This document shows positions 9,865 to 19,180 of a stretch of DNA of 64,000 bases, piece by piece; the stretch's first letter is position 1, and each line of letters starts with the position of its first letter. The notes beneath the pieces were generated by a model. It made no database searches. It was not told the DNA's origin and saw only the letters and a list, made by a program, of their open reading frames with translations. A program made the position numbers and the translations under genes. Origin of the DNA: an uncultured Gammaproteobacteria bacterium (GTDB lineage: Bacteria > Pseudomonadota > Gammaproteobacteria > JACCXJ01); assembly GCA_963764725.1 (NCBI GenBank), contig CAVXTM010000018.1, positions 128,001 through 192,000 of the forward strand, in the 5' to 3' direction.

Positions 9865-11406
9865 CTTGGTGGTCGTCACGAGCTTATCCAGGAGCCTTGC
9901 GGCTTCGTTGAACTTGCAGCTTGCGAATTGCTGCTCCCCAATCTCTTCCCGGACTTGGGCCAGTTCCTGACTCAGGCTCTCGCGGAACACCTCCAGGGTA
10001 ACCTTGCGGCCATCTTCAAGCACACCCCTCGGATAGCGGATCCACTGCCAGAGTTGTGCCCGTGAGATCTCCGCGGTCGCCGCGTCTTCCATCAGATGTG
10101 CGATCGGCACCGCCCCCTTCCCGCTTAGCCAGGAGTCGGTGTAGCGCAGCGCGGCGCTGATGTTGTGCCGCAGTCCCTTCATCGTAATCGTGCCGTCGGG
10201 CATTCGCAGCAGGTCCGCGGCGGTGACCTGTACATCCTCTCGCAGGTTGTGGATCTGGTTCGGTCCCGGCATGTGCTTGTCGAATACCGCTTTGGCGATC
10301 GGCGCGAGCAGGGGATGGGCGACCCAGGTTCCGTCGTGACCGTCTTTGGCCTCACGCTCCTTATCGGCCCGCACCTTGGCGAGGGCCTCCTCGTTGGCAA
10401 GCTCATCCTCCTTGATCGGGATCTGGGCCGCCATCCCGCCCATCGCATGTATACCGCGGCGATGACAGCTCTGAACCAGGAGCCTTGAGTAGGAGTGCAG
10501 GAAGTGCTGGTTCATGGTCAACTGGCTGCGATCCGGCAGCACAAATTCGGGGTGATTGCGCAGGCACTTGATGAAGCTGAAGATGTAATCCCAGCGTCCG
10601 CAGTTGAGTCCCGCCGCATGCTCGCGCAGCTCGTAGAGAAACTCGTGCATCTCAAAGGCGGCCGTGAGCGTTTCGATGAGCGCCGTCGCGCGGATGGTCC
10701 CCCGCAGGATGCCGAGCGCATCCTGGGCGTAGAGGAATACAGCATTCCACAAACGGGCCTCCTTGCGGCTTTCCATCTTGGGCAGATAGAAATACGGCGC
10801 CGTGCCCTTGGCGATCAGCTTTTTGGCGTTATGGAAAAAGAACAAGCCGAAGTCGAACAGGCTCGCCGGAATCGGTTCGTCGTCGAGCAGAACATGCTTC
10901 TCCTTCATGTGCCAGCCGCGCGGGCGCACGATGAGAGTCGCGAGCTTGCCGTCATTGAGCCGGTAGACCTTGCCTTCCGGTCCGGTATAGGAGATGGTGC
11001 CGTCGATCGCGTCGCAGAGGTTGACCTGCCCATCCATCATCTGCTCCCAGGTCGGGCTCGAGGCGTCCTCGAAGTCCGCCATGAAGGTATTCGCCCCGGA
11101 ATTGAGCGCATTGATGATCATCTTGCGTTCGACCGGACCGGTGATCTCCACCCGCCGGTCCACCAGGTCCGCGGGGATGGGCGCGACCTTCCACTCGCCT
11201 TCACGGACGTACTTGGTTTCAGGAAGAAAATCCGGCAGCCCGCCGGCATCGAAGAACTGCTGCCGGCGGACCCGGATCGCCAGTAACTCTTTACGCCGCG
11301 GCCCGAATCTCTTGACCAGCTCTTCCACAAACCCCAGAGCCTCCGGCGTGAGGATGCGTTCGTAGTCCAGGGTCATCGCGCCGCGGACATCTAACAGGGT
11401 GGTCAT
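9823..11406 (-). CDS. aceB: Malate synthase A
   Basis: [49 protein letters not shown]; GGAGG RBS before ATG 11406. Confidence 0.96.
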   Translation of the reverse strand: MTTLLDVRGAMTLDYERILTPEALGFVEELVKRFGPRRKELLAIRVRRQQFFDAGGLPDFLPETKYVREGEWKVAPIPADLVDRRVEITGPVERKMIINALNSGANTFMADFEDASSPTWEQMMDGQVNLCDAIDGTISYTGPEGKVYRLNDGKLATLIVRPRGWHMKEKHVLLDDEPIPASLFDFGLFFFHNAKKLIAKGTAPYFYLPKMESRKEARLWNAVFLYAQDALGILRGTIRATALIETLTAAFEMHEFLYELREHAAGLNCGRWDYIFSFIKCLRNHPEFVLPDRSQLTMNQHFLHSYSRLLVQSCHRRGIHAMGGMAAQIPIKEDELANEEALAKVRADKEREAKDGHDGTWVAHPLLAPIAKAVFDKHMPGPNQIHNLREDVQVTAADLLRMPDGTITMKGLRHNISAALRYTDSWLSGKGAVPIAHLMEDAATAEISRAQLWQWIRYPRGVLEDGRKVTLEVFRESLSQELAQVREEIGEQQFASCKFNEAARLLDKLVTTTKLPAFLTLEAYGML

Positions 11407-11492
11407 GCTGATTTCCCTCCTTCCACCGGTATCAATGAGCGCATGATAGCCGAGGTTTGTGCGGCGCAGCAATAGGCGCGGAATGGCCTGAA

Positions 11493-11619
11493 TCAATTTG
11501 ATTTCGCCACCACGGGGTATGAACCCCGTGGGGCGACCAAAGGGGAGAGCTGCGCCTCTCCCCTTTGGAAACCCCATGGCTAAGGATCCCGCGGCAAGAC
11601 CGCGGGGAATAAATTTTAA
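11493..11619. repeat. Three-hairpin non-autonomous element, copy 1
   Basis: Near-identical to 32685-32811; hairpins CACGGGG/CCCCGTG, CCAAAGGGGAGA/TCTCCCCTTTGG and CCCGCGG/CCGCGGG. Confidence 0.85.
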
Positions 11620-11729
11620 GGTGGGAGGCTCTTCCATTTATGCAAGATAGGACTTAGCCCTTCTTAAACGCAAGCACGGCCGGCCGGGTTGAGCTGCCGA
11701 TTAGGTCACGCCCAGGCAGGAAAAGATTG

Positions 11730-12830
11730 TCAGTTGGCTTGCACCGGCCCACCCCGATAAGACCCCTGACAGAGAATTTTTTTACAGTTCCCGTTCAGCA
11801 TGGTGTAGATAATCGCGCCGGTGTCGTTGCGGGCCTTGAAATGGCCGATGCCGTCAATATCCCCACCCATAGTGTTGACCTTGACCGGATGCGACGGGTC
11901 CGGGGACAAATGGGTAAAATCGAAGTCCACCCGGCCGGTCGTGGAGCCCGCGCCCACATCGAGCTGCGCCCGGACATTAGGCCCGGCCGTGAACAGCGCG
12001 CCCCGGGCGCAATCGCTGAACCCCCGCGCGGTGCTGCAATGGACTTGATCGTGGACGCCGGCATGGAGCGTATAGAACAGTACCCGCTCGCGGCGGCTGG
12101 GGATGAGGCGCAGGCTGTGTTCGTCCGCAGCGCCGGTCCAGCGGTTGTAGTTAGGGTAAAAGCCGAACACATAGGGATCGAAGATGTTCTGCGAACCGCA
12201 GGTTGCGACGGCGGGGTTGGCGGGACCCACATAGAGGCAGGAATTGAGGCCGCGTATGCCGCCGGCGATGTTGACGAAACGGCGGATGCCGGCCCAGGCG
12301 TCGTTGGCTTCGAGGGTGGCGATGGCCATGGACACCCCGAGCGAATGGGTCACCAGGTCCACCGTAGCGCTACCGGTATAAGCCCGTACCGCGTCAATGA
12401 ACTTCCTGATGATCTCGTACTTGCCCCGGCGGTGAAAGTTATCCTGGGGGTTTTGCTGTTCCTCAGCGCTGAGATAGGTCACCCCGAACAGCTCGCAGTC
12501 GTTGTACCCCCACTCTTTGAATTCCTCGTACACGGAGCGTTTTGGAGGCGTATAACCTGCCACGCCGCCCTGTACCGGTGAGTCCCAACTGATGGCGCGA
12601 TCGGCATTGCCGTGGATGAAGACCACCGGTGTCCGTACCGCCTTGCATTCCCCGCCGCCGAAACCCCCGAATCCGGTCCCCGGATTAAAACTCCCGGCGT
12701 ATTGCGTATCGGGCGCCGAGCATTTGGGAAAGGTGAAGTCCCCGCACTCCAAGGCGCCCGCCCCCCCACTCAACATGATGCCGCCCAGCAACACCACATA
12801 TCGGGAAAAGACTTCTGGAACCGTTTGCAT
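11730..12830 (-). CDS. Secreted PhaZ7-like native-PHB depolymerase (alpha/beta hydrolase)
   Basis: Signal peptide, then TQYAGSFNPGTGFGGFGGGEC..TPVVFIHGN, GYNDCELFGVTYLS, THSLG nucleophile, DQV, GHF; closely parallels Paucimonas PhaZ7 as I recall it. Confidence 0.8.
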   Translation of the reverse strand: MQTVPEVFSRYVVLLGGIMLSGGAGALECGDFTFPKCSAPDTQYAGSFNPGTGFGGFGGGECKAVRTPVVFIHGNADRAISWDSPVQGGVAGYTPPKRSVYEEFKEWGYNDCELFGVTYLSAEEQQNPQDNFHRRGKYEIIRKFIDAVRAYTGSATVDLVTHSLGVSMAIATLEANDAWAGIRRFVNIAGGIRGLNSCLYVGPANPAVATCGSQNIFDPYVFGFYPNYNRWTGAADEHSLRLIPSRRERVLFYTLHAGVHDQVHCSTARGFSDCARGALFTAGPNVRAQLDVGAGSTTGRVDFDFTHLSPDPSHPVKVNTMGGDIDGIGHFKARNDTGAIIYTMLNGNCKKILCQGSYRGGPVQAN

Positions 12831-12963
12831 GCTCGCCCTCCCAAGTTATTGGGAAACCATTGTGAACGATAAACCAACGGATGTTGCGCTGCAATAAGGG
12901 CGTCGGCGGCACCTTCTGATTCAGTCGACACATAAGCTCGAATTCCTTATCCTTCAAACCAGC

Positions 12964-15717
12964 ATGGCGCCTATCGAACGCAAAGCTTCTGCCCCCAAGA
13001 TCCCGCCTGTCCACAACTGGCGCACAACCGACGAAGATGAAATCGAGCGCCGCCGGCTGCGCGCCCGATCCGAGCATTTCGCTATCAGCAATCTCGATGC
13101 GAAGCATCCGATTTTTTCCAACTTCCGCATTCTCTCCGGAAGCGGGCTTACCTACTCCGTCGAGATCTGGAGCGTTCGCGAGCGGCAGTTCGCCTGCAGT
13201 TGCGTCGACTTTCGCATCAACGGCCTGGGCACCTGCAAGCATGCGGAAGCGGTGCTGCTGCACCTGGAGGGGCGATACAAGAAGTTGTTCAGGGCCGCCG
13301 CTGAAAACGGCAGCTATCGCATCGACATCGTGCCGGACCATGCCGCCGACACGCTGCGCTTGGCGGGCGGCGGGCTGAAGGATCTCGCGAGGCCGCTGAG
13401 GAGACTCTTCGATGAGCGCGGCCTACTGAGAGACGGTTCCCCCGAAGAGGCCATCGAAAGGCTGAGCAAGGCGGGGATCCCGGCGCTGCGCATCTCCCAG
13501 GACGTCGAGCCGTGGGTGCGGCAAAGGTGCCAGGCGGCGGAACGCAAGTCGCTGCGCAAGGAGTACGAGCTGAGGGTGCACGCCGGCGAGTGGCCGCCGC
13601 AGGAGACCGTGGTCCCACTGTTCCCCTACCAGCGCCTAGGCATGCTGCATCTCGCCTTCACCGAGCGAGCGCTACTCGCCGACGAGATGGGGCTCGGCAA
13701 GACCATACAGGCCATCGCGGCCTGCGCGCTCATCCACCGGCTCGGGAAAGCGGAGCGCGTGCTCATCGTGACACCCGCCTCGCTCAAGACGGAGTGGGAA
13801 GAGCAGATCCAGCGCTTCACGCGGCTGCCCTATCGGATCGTCTTCGGAAGTCCGCGGGAACGGCGTAAGGCCTACGTCCAGGCGCCCTTTTTTACCATCG
13901 TCAATTACGAGCAGATGATCAAGGACGCGCTCACCGTCAATGAGCACCTCCGGCCCGACATCGTGGTCCTGGATGAGGCACAACGGATCAAGAACTGGAA
14001 CACCTTGACGGCCCAAGCGGTGAAGCGCCTCACGAGCCGCTTCGCCTTCGTGCTGACGGGCACGCCGATCGAGAACCGGATCGATGAGATCCACTCCTTG
14101 ATGGACTTTCTCAATCCCGCCGTTCTCGGTCCCCTGTTTCGCTTCAATCGCGATTTCTACGAGCTCGATGAGCGGGGCCGCCCGTGCGGTTACAAGAACC
14201 TCGAACGCCTCCATGAGCGCATCGCACCTTACATGCTGCGCCGGCGTAAGTCGGATGTGGAGACGGAACTGCCCGAGCGGACGGACAAGAACTTCTTCGT
14301 ACCCTTATCGGCAGGACAGAAGCAGGCCTACTCGCATCACGAGGATCAGGTAGCCCGGCTCGCCGCCGCGGCCCGCCGCCGGCCACTCACCCAGCAGGAG
14401 CAGGAAAAGCTCATGCGCGAACTGGCCATGATGCGGATGATCTGCGACACCAATTACATCCTCGATCCGAATGACCGCGCGTGCCCTAAGCTCGGCGAGC
14501 TCGAAAAGGTCCTCGAAGAATGCCGCGACAACGCCGGGGTTAAGGTGATCGTGTTCTCCGAGTGGGAGCGCATGCTGGAGCTGGTGCGCGATCTCTGCCG
14601 CAAGCGCGGTCTCGGCTGCGCCTGGCACACCGGCAGCGTTCCGCAGTTGCGTCGGCGGGCCGAGATCAATCTGTTCAAAAACGACCCTGACTGCGGGGTG
14701 TTTCTCAGCACCGATGCGGGCAGCACCGGTCTCAACCTACAGAATGCGAGCGTCGTGATCAACTGCGATCTTCCCTGGAATCCCGCCAGGCTCGAACAGC
14801 GCATCGCCCGCGCCTGGCGAAAATACCAGTCCCATCCCGTCACCGTTGTGAACCTGATCTCGCAGGACACCATCGAGGAGCGCATGCTGGGCACGCTCGC
14901 CAACAAGCAAGCGCTGGCCGAAGGAGTGCTGGAGCGCAAGGGCGATCTGGCCGCGATCCCCTTCGGCGGCGGCAAGCAGGCGTTCCTCGATCGGCTATAC
15001 CAGTTGGTTCAGCCGGTGTCGCCCGCGTCCCTCGCTGCCCCGCAACCGCCACGCCCGGCGGATCGCGCCCGGGCCTTCGCCGAGCGGGTGCGCGAGCGGC
15101 TCGATGGCGCGCTCATCCGTTGCGAGGAGCAATACCCGCTCGAGGGCAGCCACTCGGTGCTCCTGGTCGTGGTCGAACGCGATTCCTCCCAGTGGCGCGA
15201 GCAGATCCAGGGCTTGCACCGGGAGCTTTTTGGCGACAGCGATCCGCTGTCTCCGATTTATCTTGAGGTGGTGGATCGCGGCACCGCGGATGCCCTCGAT
15301 CGTTTCGCAAAGGCCGGGCTCATTCAGCGAACGATGCGCGGCAGCCGGCCCTTGTTGGACGATGGGACAGCGGAAGCCAAAGGGCTGTTGTCCGAGGAAG
15401 AAAGAGAGAAGGCCGCTCTGCATCGTGCCCACGCCGTGCGGCGCTTGAAGATGAACCGGGTGCTCAGCGCCGCCGACCTCGCCGCCGAGAGCCGCCAGGC
15501 GCTCCTTGAAGCCCTGTATGCGCTCGGCCGCGCTCTTGCAGTCGAGCATCGCCTCCCGGAGCCGAAAGGGATCGACGATCTCCTGACCCCTTCGCTTGCG
15601 TGGTGTTGGGGCGAAAAGATAAGTGTCGTGAAGGAATCTCTGGCGAACGATCACGCCGCAGGCGAGCCGCTCGCTCTAGCGTTGGAACATTTGCTAAAAG
15701 CAGGCGCTCCAGCTTGA
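12964..15717 (+). CDS. SWIM zinc finger + SNF2-family helicase
   Basis: CSCVDF..GTCKH (SWIM), LADEMGLGKT, LDEAQRIKN, LTGTPIEN, GLNLQ, WNPARLEQRIAR. Confidence 0.9.
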   Translation: MAPIERKASAPKIPPVHNWRTTDEDEIERRRLRARSEHFAISNLDAKHPIFSNFRILSGSGLTYSVEIWSVRERQFACSCVDFRINGLGTCKHAEAVLLHLEGRYKKLFRAAAENGSYRIDIVPDHAADTLRLAGGGLKDLARPLRRLFDERGLLRDGSPEEAIERLSKAGIPALRISQDVEPWVRQRCQAAERKSLRKEYELRVHAGEWPPQETVVPLFPYQRLGMLHLAFTERALLADEMGLGKTIQAIAACALIHRLGKAERVLIVTPASLKTEWEEQIQRFTRLPYRIVFGSPRERRKAYVQAPFFTIVNYEQMIKDALTVNEHLRPDIVVLDEAQRIKNWNTLTAQAVKRLTSRFAFVLTGTPIENRIDEIHSLMDFLNPAVLGPLFRFNRDFYELDERGRPCGYKNLERLHERIAPYMLRRRKSDVETELPERTDKNFFVPLSAGQKQAYSHHEDQVARLAAAARRRPLTQQEQEKLMRELAMMRMICDTNYILDPNDRACPKLGELEKVLEECRDNAGVKVIVFSEWERMLELVRDLCRKRGLGCAWHTGSVPQLRRRAEINLFKNDPDCGVFLSTDAGSTGLNLQNASVVINCDLPWNPARLEQRIARAWRKYQSHPVTVVNLISQDTIEERMLGTLANKQALAEGVLERKGDLAAIPFGGGKQAFLDRLYQLVQPVSPASLAAPQPPRPADRARAFAERVRERLDGALIRCEEQYPLEGSHSVLLVVVERDSSQWREQIQGLHRELFGDSDPLSPIYLEVVDRGTADALDRFAKAGLIQRTMRGSRPLLDDGTAEAKGLLSEEEREKAALHRAHAVRRLKMNRVLSAADLAAESRQALLEALYALGRALAVEHRLPEPKGIDDLLTPSLAWCWGEKISVVKESLANDHAAGEPLALALEHLLKAGAPA

Positions 15718-15924
15718 GCCTTCGTGGGGCGCGCGCGCATGGTAGCCGCGAAGCCGTAGATGAAGTCAAACTGGCTGCGGTGCGGCTGTTCCACGATGAC
15801 CTCGCTGATCCGGCGTGCCAGCCAGCACTTCCTGTGCCCGGCCAGCTGCGCTGGAGCTCGGGTACTCGCCCCTGGCCCTGGCTTTCGATCGACTTCGAAT
15901 GGCCTGATCCCAGACTCTTGCCCC

Positions 15925-16119
15925 CTCCCATCCGGTTCAGCTCACTGAGCCCACAACCTCCTCTTGGCCCGCACTCGGGCAAGACGGCAAACGGTCCTGA
16001 ATTTGGTACCTCGGGCCGATCAATGGCCCGAAAATTCCCCGATTCTGGACCGAGACTCGCGTGATTGACACCCCACAGGTTAAGCAGTACCTTCATTTTG
16101 GAGGAAACAAGCGTTCAAA
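15925..16119 (+). repeat. ~195-bp degenerate direct repeat, copy 1, containing a sigma70-like promoter
   Basis: Shares CTCCCATCCG.TTCAGCTCACTGAGCC...CGCGTGATTGAC.CCCC.CAGGTTAAGCAGTACCTTCATTTT with 16721-16918; TTGACA-17-TACCTT. Confidence 0.8.
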
Positions 16120-16279
16120 GATGCCCTAACGGACACCTCGAGGGACACCGAGCCGATTGCTCTCCTGGGTATGCTTGCGCTGCAGGGCATCGGACGCAGG
16201 ATAGCGCACGCAGTTGACGCTCACGGGCCAGGGGGCCACCCAGAGCGGGGGCTGACTTTGTGGAGAAGGGGGCCTACGC

Positions 16280-16615
16280 GTGCGGCGCCGCCCTTTAATA
16301 TTCGCGGGATTCGAAGGCGTTGGAGAACGCGGCCCATATCGGTTGATCTCGCTGTCAGGCGGGGGATATCGCGCAGCCTTGTTTCACGCTGGTGTATTGC
16401 GGGCCTTGAACAAGGCGGGGCGATTTGAAGCAGGCGGGCCCGACGACCATTCGTGCATCATCAGCGCCGTCTCCGCTGGAACGATCACCGCCTTTGTGTG
16501 GGAACAATTCTTCAACAGCGACGGGCTGGAGGCGTATTGGCCCGAAATAGCGCTCTTGAAGCTGGTGACCACAGGTCCTTCGCTCACGCTGAGACCGCTC
16601 CTCGTCACGGCGTAA
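16280..16615 (+). pseudogene. Patatin-like phospholipase N-terminal fragment
   Basis: LSGGGYRAALFHAGVLRAL and ISAVSAG motifs; stops before the catalytic Asp region. Confidence 0.7.
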
Positions 16616-16720
16616 AAAGCACGCCTAACGCACCCTACATCTACTGAGGAAATTGTTAGTCGCGTCATCAGTGTCATCGACCCAAGCGAGGAAACCTAGC
16701 GGAACGAGGGGGCACCCATT

Positions 16721-16918
16721 CTCCCATCCGATTCAGCTCACTGAGCCGATAACCTCCCCTTGGCCCGCACTCACGCAAGACGCAAAAACGCTCCGAAACC
16801 TACGCCTCGGGTCGAGAGATATCCGGGAACGTCGCCAATTCTGGACCAAGGACACGCGTGATTGACGCCCCGCAGGTTAAGCAGTACCTTCATTTTTTAG
16901 GAAAGAGGGCGTTTGAAA
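16721..16918 (+). repeat. ~195-bp degenerate direct repeat, copy 2
   Basis: See copy 1; offset about 796 bp; TTGACG-17-TACCTT. Confidence 0.8.
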
Positions 16919-17004
16919 ATCCTACCGCGGCCTCTGGCCGCAATCAAATGGGAGACCAAACTCCCTTGCCAAATGCAGGGAAGTCACGCTGAAAGAATCT
17001 ATAC

Positions 17005-17165
17005 ATCATGGTCCCGTCAATGGCTGAACTCGCGACCCTCTACGCGGCCGAGGTGGATATCGTGGCGGCCGTCGTGAGGCGTGGCCGGAGATCTCGGAGG
17101 GTTCCTTGCTCGGCCGGGCGATCTGGAACTCCCGCACCAAGGCCTTGCTCGGCGTCGTAGGATAG
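17005..17165 (+). pseudogene. C-terminal remnant of a paralog of the downstream gene
   Basis: MAELATLY..VDIV...AIWNSRTKALLGVVG* versus VAELWPLY..MEIV...AVWNIRTRALLGVLG* in 17181-18146. Confidence 0.75.
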
Positions 17166-17180
17166 CGACGCGGGACTCAT

Positions 17181-18146
17181 ATGACAACCGTTCAGGCGTG
17201 CGGCCTTCGACACGCCGCCGACGTCAACTTTAACGACGCGAAGAGCGCGAGCAAATGGGAGCGCCTAGCGACCGTCTGCATCACGCGGGCGCGGGACGCC
17301 TTGAATCAGCCGACGGGCACGTATACGAAGGTCCATCGCGACACGATGTCGGACCTCTTGAAGGCCATGCTCGTGACGCACGGCTCGATCGGTAAGCTGC
17401 TCGAGGGCGGCAGCGAGAGCCCGCAATCCGTGGACGCGCTCGTGCTGGCGCGGCTTCAGGTCGAGGGCCTGTTCTCGATGTGCCTGCTCGTGGAGAGCTC
17501 CGACTGGGTCGATGCGTTCCCGGGCGACGGATGGAAAAAGCAGTTCGTCCGGTATCTTCTGTTCAAGTACGAGACCGAGTGCCTGCCGCGCTTCGGGCCG
17601 AACGCGCACGTACCCGAGCGCTTGCGGCTCGTCGAGTTTGCGGGCGTGTGCAACGTGACGCTCGCGCAGATGCACACCGTCGAGCACCAGCAGACCGCCA
17701 TGCCGATGCCGGCCGGCATGGCGGAAGAGAGTATCCAGGACTTCCCCACGCCCGGCAAGACCATCCGGAAGCTTCCGGCCGGCAGTAGCAAGCGACGGAT
17801 GCTCGAGCGGCTTTACATGGACTACAAGTACCTTTGCTCCTTCGCGCACGGCCTCCAGGCAGCGAACATGGCGAAGTCGGTATACGACGTGCGCTCACGC
17901 GAGCGGCAGATCTTCACGGAAGCGGAGATCGAGGCGAACTTCCAGCAGGACGTCAACACGTCGGCCCGGGTCTACAGCTTGTTGAGTATCGTGCAGGCGG
18001 TCGCCGAGCTTTGGCCGCTCTATCCGAACGACATGGAGATCGTGTCCGGCGTGACCGACGCGTGGAACGACCTCCTCGGGTCGAACTTCGTCGTGAACGC
18101 GGTTTGGAACATCAGGACGAGAGCACTGCTCGGCGTCCTCGGCTAG
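17181..18146 (+). CDS. Hypothetical protein, DUF5677/HEPN-like
   Basis: 321-aa ORF with ARLQVE and YKYLCSFAHG motifs resembling DUF5677. Confidence 0.55.
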   Translation: MTTVQACGLRHAADVNFNDAKSASKWERLATVCITRARDALNQPTGTYTKVHRDTMSDLLKAMLVTHGSIGKLLEGGSESPQSVDALVLARLQVEGLFSMCLLVESSDWVDAFPGDGWKKQFVRYLLFKYETECLPRFGPNAHVPERLRLVEFAGVCNVTLAQMHTVEHQQTAMPMPAGMAEESIQDFPTPGKTIRKLPAGSSKRRMLERLYMDYKYLCSFAHGLQAANMAKSVYDVRSRERQIFTEAEIEANFQQDVNTSARVYSLLSIVQAVAELWPLYPNDMEIVSGVTDAWNDLLGSNFVVNAVWNIRTRALLGVLG

Positions 18147-18177
18147 GTATCGATCCAGAGCATCTTCGACAGCGCAC

Positions 18178-18210
18178 AGGGCGCAATAGGCGACAGCCGT
18201 ATTGCGCCGC
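18178..18210. repeat. REP-like palindrome
   Basis: GGCGCAATA-(11 nt)-TATTGCGCC between convergent genes. Confidence 0.5.
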
Positions 18211-18330
18211 ATGCATGACTCGTTCGGCGCTATGGGCTACGGGCTGCATTCTTTTTCTACCCAAATGGCACAAGGACATGAGCTATGGATGTTCGCGATC
18301 GTCGCGATTGACACTATCTGGAGGGCAGGA

Positions 18331-18930
18331 TTACCGACCCGGCCCGCTTTTGAACGCCCCCTCCGCCGGCCCCGGCAGTTCAAACACCTCCCACAGCGGG
18401 ATTTCGAGGTCTTTCAGGGTCGCGAACGTCAGGGTTTCCTGGGGGCCGATCACGGCGCCCTCGTCGAAAGCGCCGTCGGTGCCCAAGAGAAAACGGATGG
18501 CGTAGTGTTCCAGCGGATCCACTACCAGGTATTCCCGCACCCCGGCGCGCGCGTAAAGCGCTTTTTTCTCGCGCAGATCTTTGGTAGAGGTGGACGGCGA
18601 AAGGATTTCCATTACCATGTCGGGCGCACCCTCGATGTGGGTGGGGGTGATCTTGGCCGCGTCGCAAACGACCAGCAGGTCCGGCTGCACCACGTCCGTT
18701 TCAGACAAACGCACGTCGGTCGGGGCGGTGAACGGGCGGCAGGGCTTACCGGAAAGCTTTTGTTCAAGCCTGCTGGAAATCCTGATGACTACGGTTTGAT
18801 GCCGGGTCGAAGGCGCTGGCGACATGTCATAGGCGACACCATCGATGATCTCCCAACGTTCGCCCTCCGGCCAGGTTTGATAGTTGGTCCAGGTACATTG
18901 CGTATCGCTGGTATGGGTTTTAGGTTGCAT
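18331..18930 (-). CDS. Uma2 family endonuclease
   Basis: RWEIIDG..MSPAPSTRHQ, VQPDLLVVCD, GAPDMVMEILSPST, K..LYARAGVREY. Confidence 0.92.
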   Translation of the reverse strand: MQPKTHTSDTQCTWTNYQTWPEGERWEIIDGVAYDMSPAPSTRHQTVVIRISSRLEQKLSGKPCRPFTAPTDVRLSETDVVQPDLLVVCDAAKITPTHIEGAPDMVMEILSPSTSTKDLREKKALYARAGVREYLVVDPLEHYAIRFLLGTDGAFDEGAVIGPQETLTFATLKDLEIPLWEVFELPGPAEGAFKSGPGR

Positions 18931-19180
18931 GAGAAAGTCCTCCAGAGTGCTTGCAAAGCACTCATCGCAACATCATACCGGCCGCCGCTGCAGTAATGTC
19001 TTTGGTATCCAAGGTCAGGACAGGATTCTAGCAAGTTTCTGAAGCCGGTGTGGCCGCCCGGCCTGGCGGGAGGTGACCCGCGGTCGGCTCTTTCGGTCGC
19101 GCGCAGCAGTGCGAGAGAGCGGCCGGCGCGCCCGGCCCGGTCTTAAATGGCAACCGTGAGTAGGCGTTGGATGCTGTAGT

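Noticed and set aside
11407-11637. 77-aa N-terminal extension of malate synthase in the ORF track (also extensions at 32678-32824 and 62057-62086)
   Set aside because: These are read-throughs of the three-hairpin repeat; RBS and homology support starts at 11406, 32825 and 62087.
15464-16096. 210-aa minus-strand ORF over repeat copy 1
   Set aside because: Overlaps the helicase antisense, has low-complexity composition, and is not preserved as an ORF in repeat copy 2.
16624-16662. GCCTAAC...GTTAGTC attC-like box pair after the patatin fragment
   Set aside because: Too short (about 39 bp), no internal L-box symmetry, no integron integrase in the window.
15925-16918. Possible CRISPR array or other short-period repeat array
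   Set aside because: Only two long diverged copies; no 23-47 bp repeat-spacer periodicity or cas genes seen anywhere in the window.
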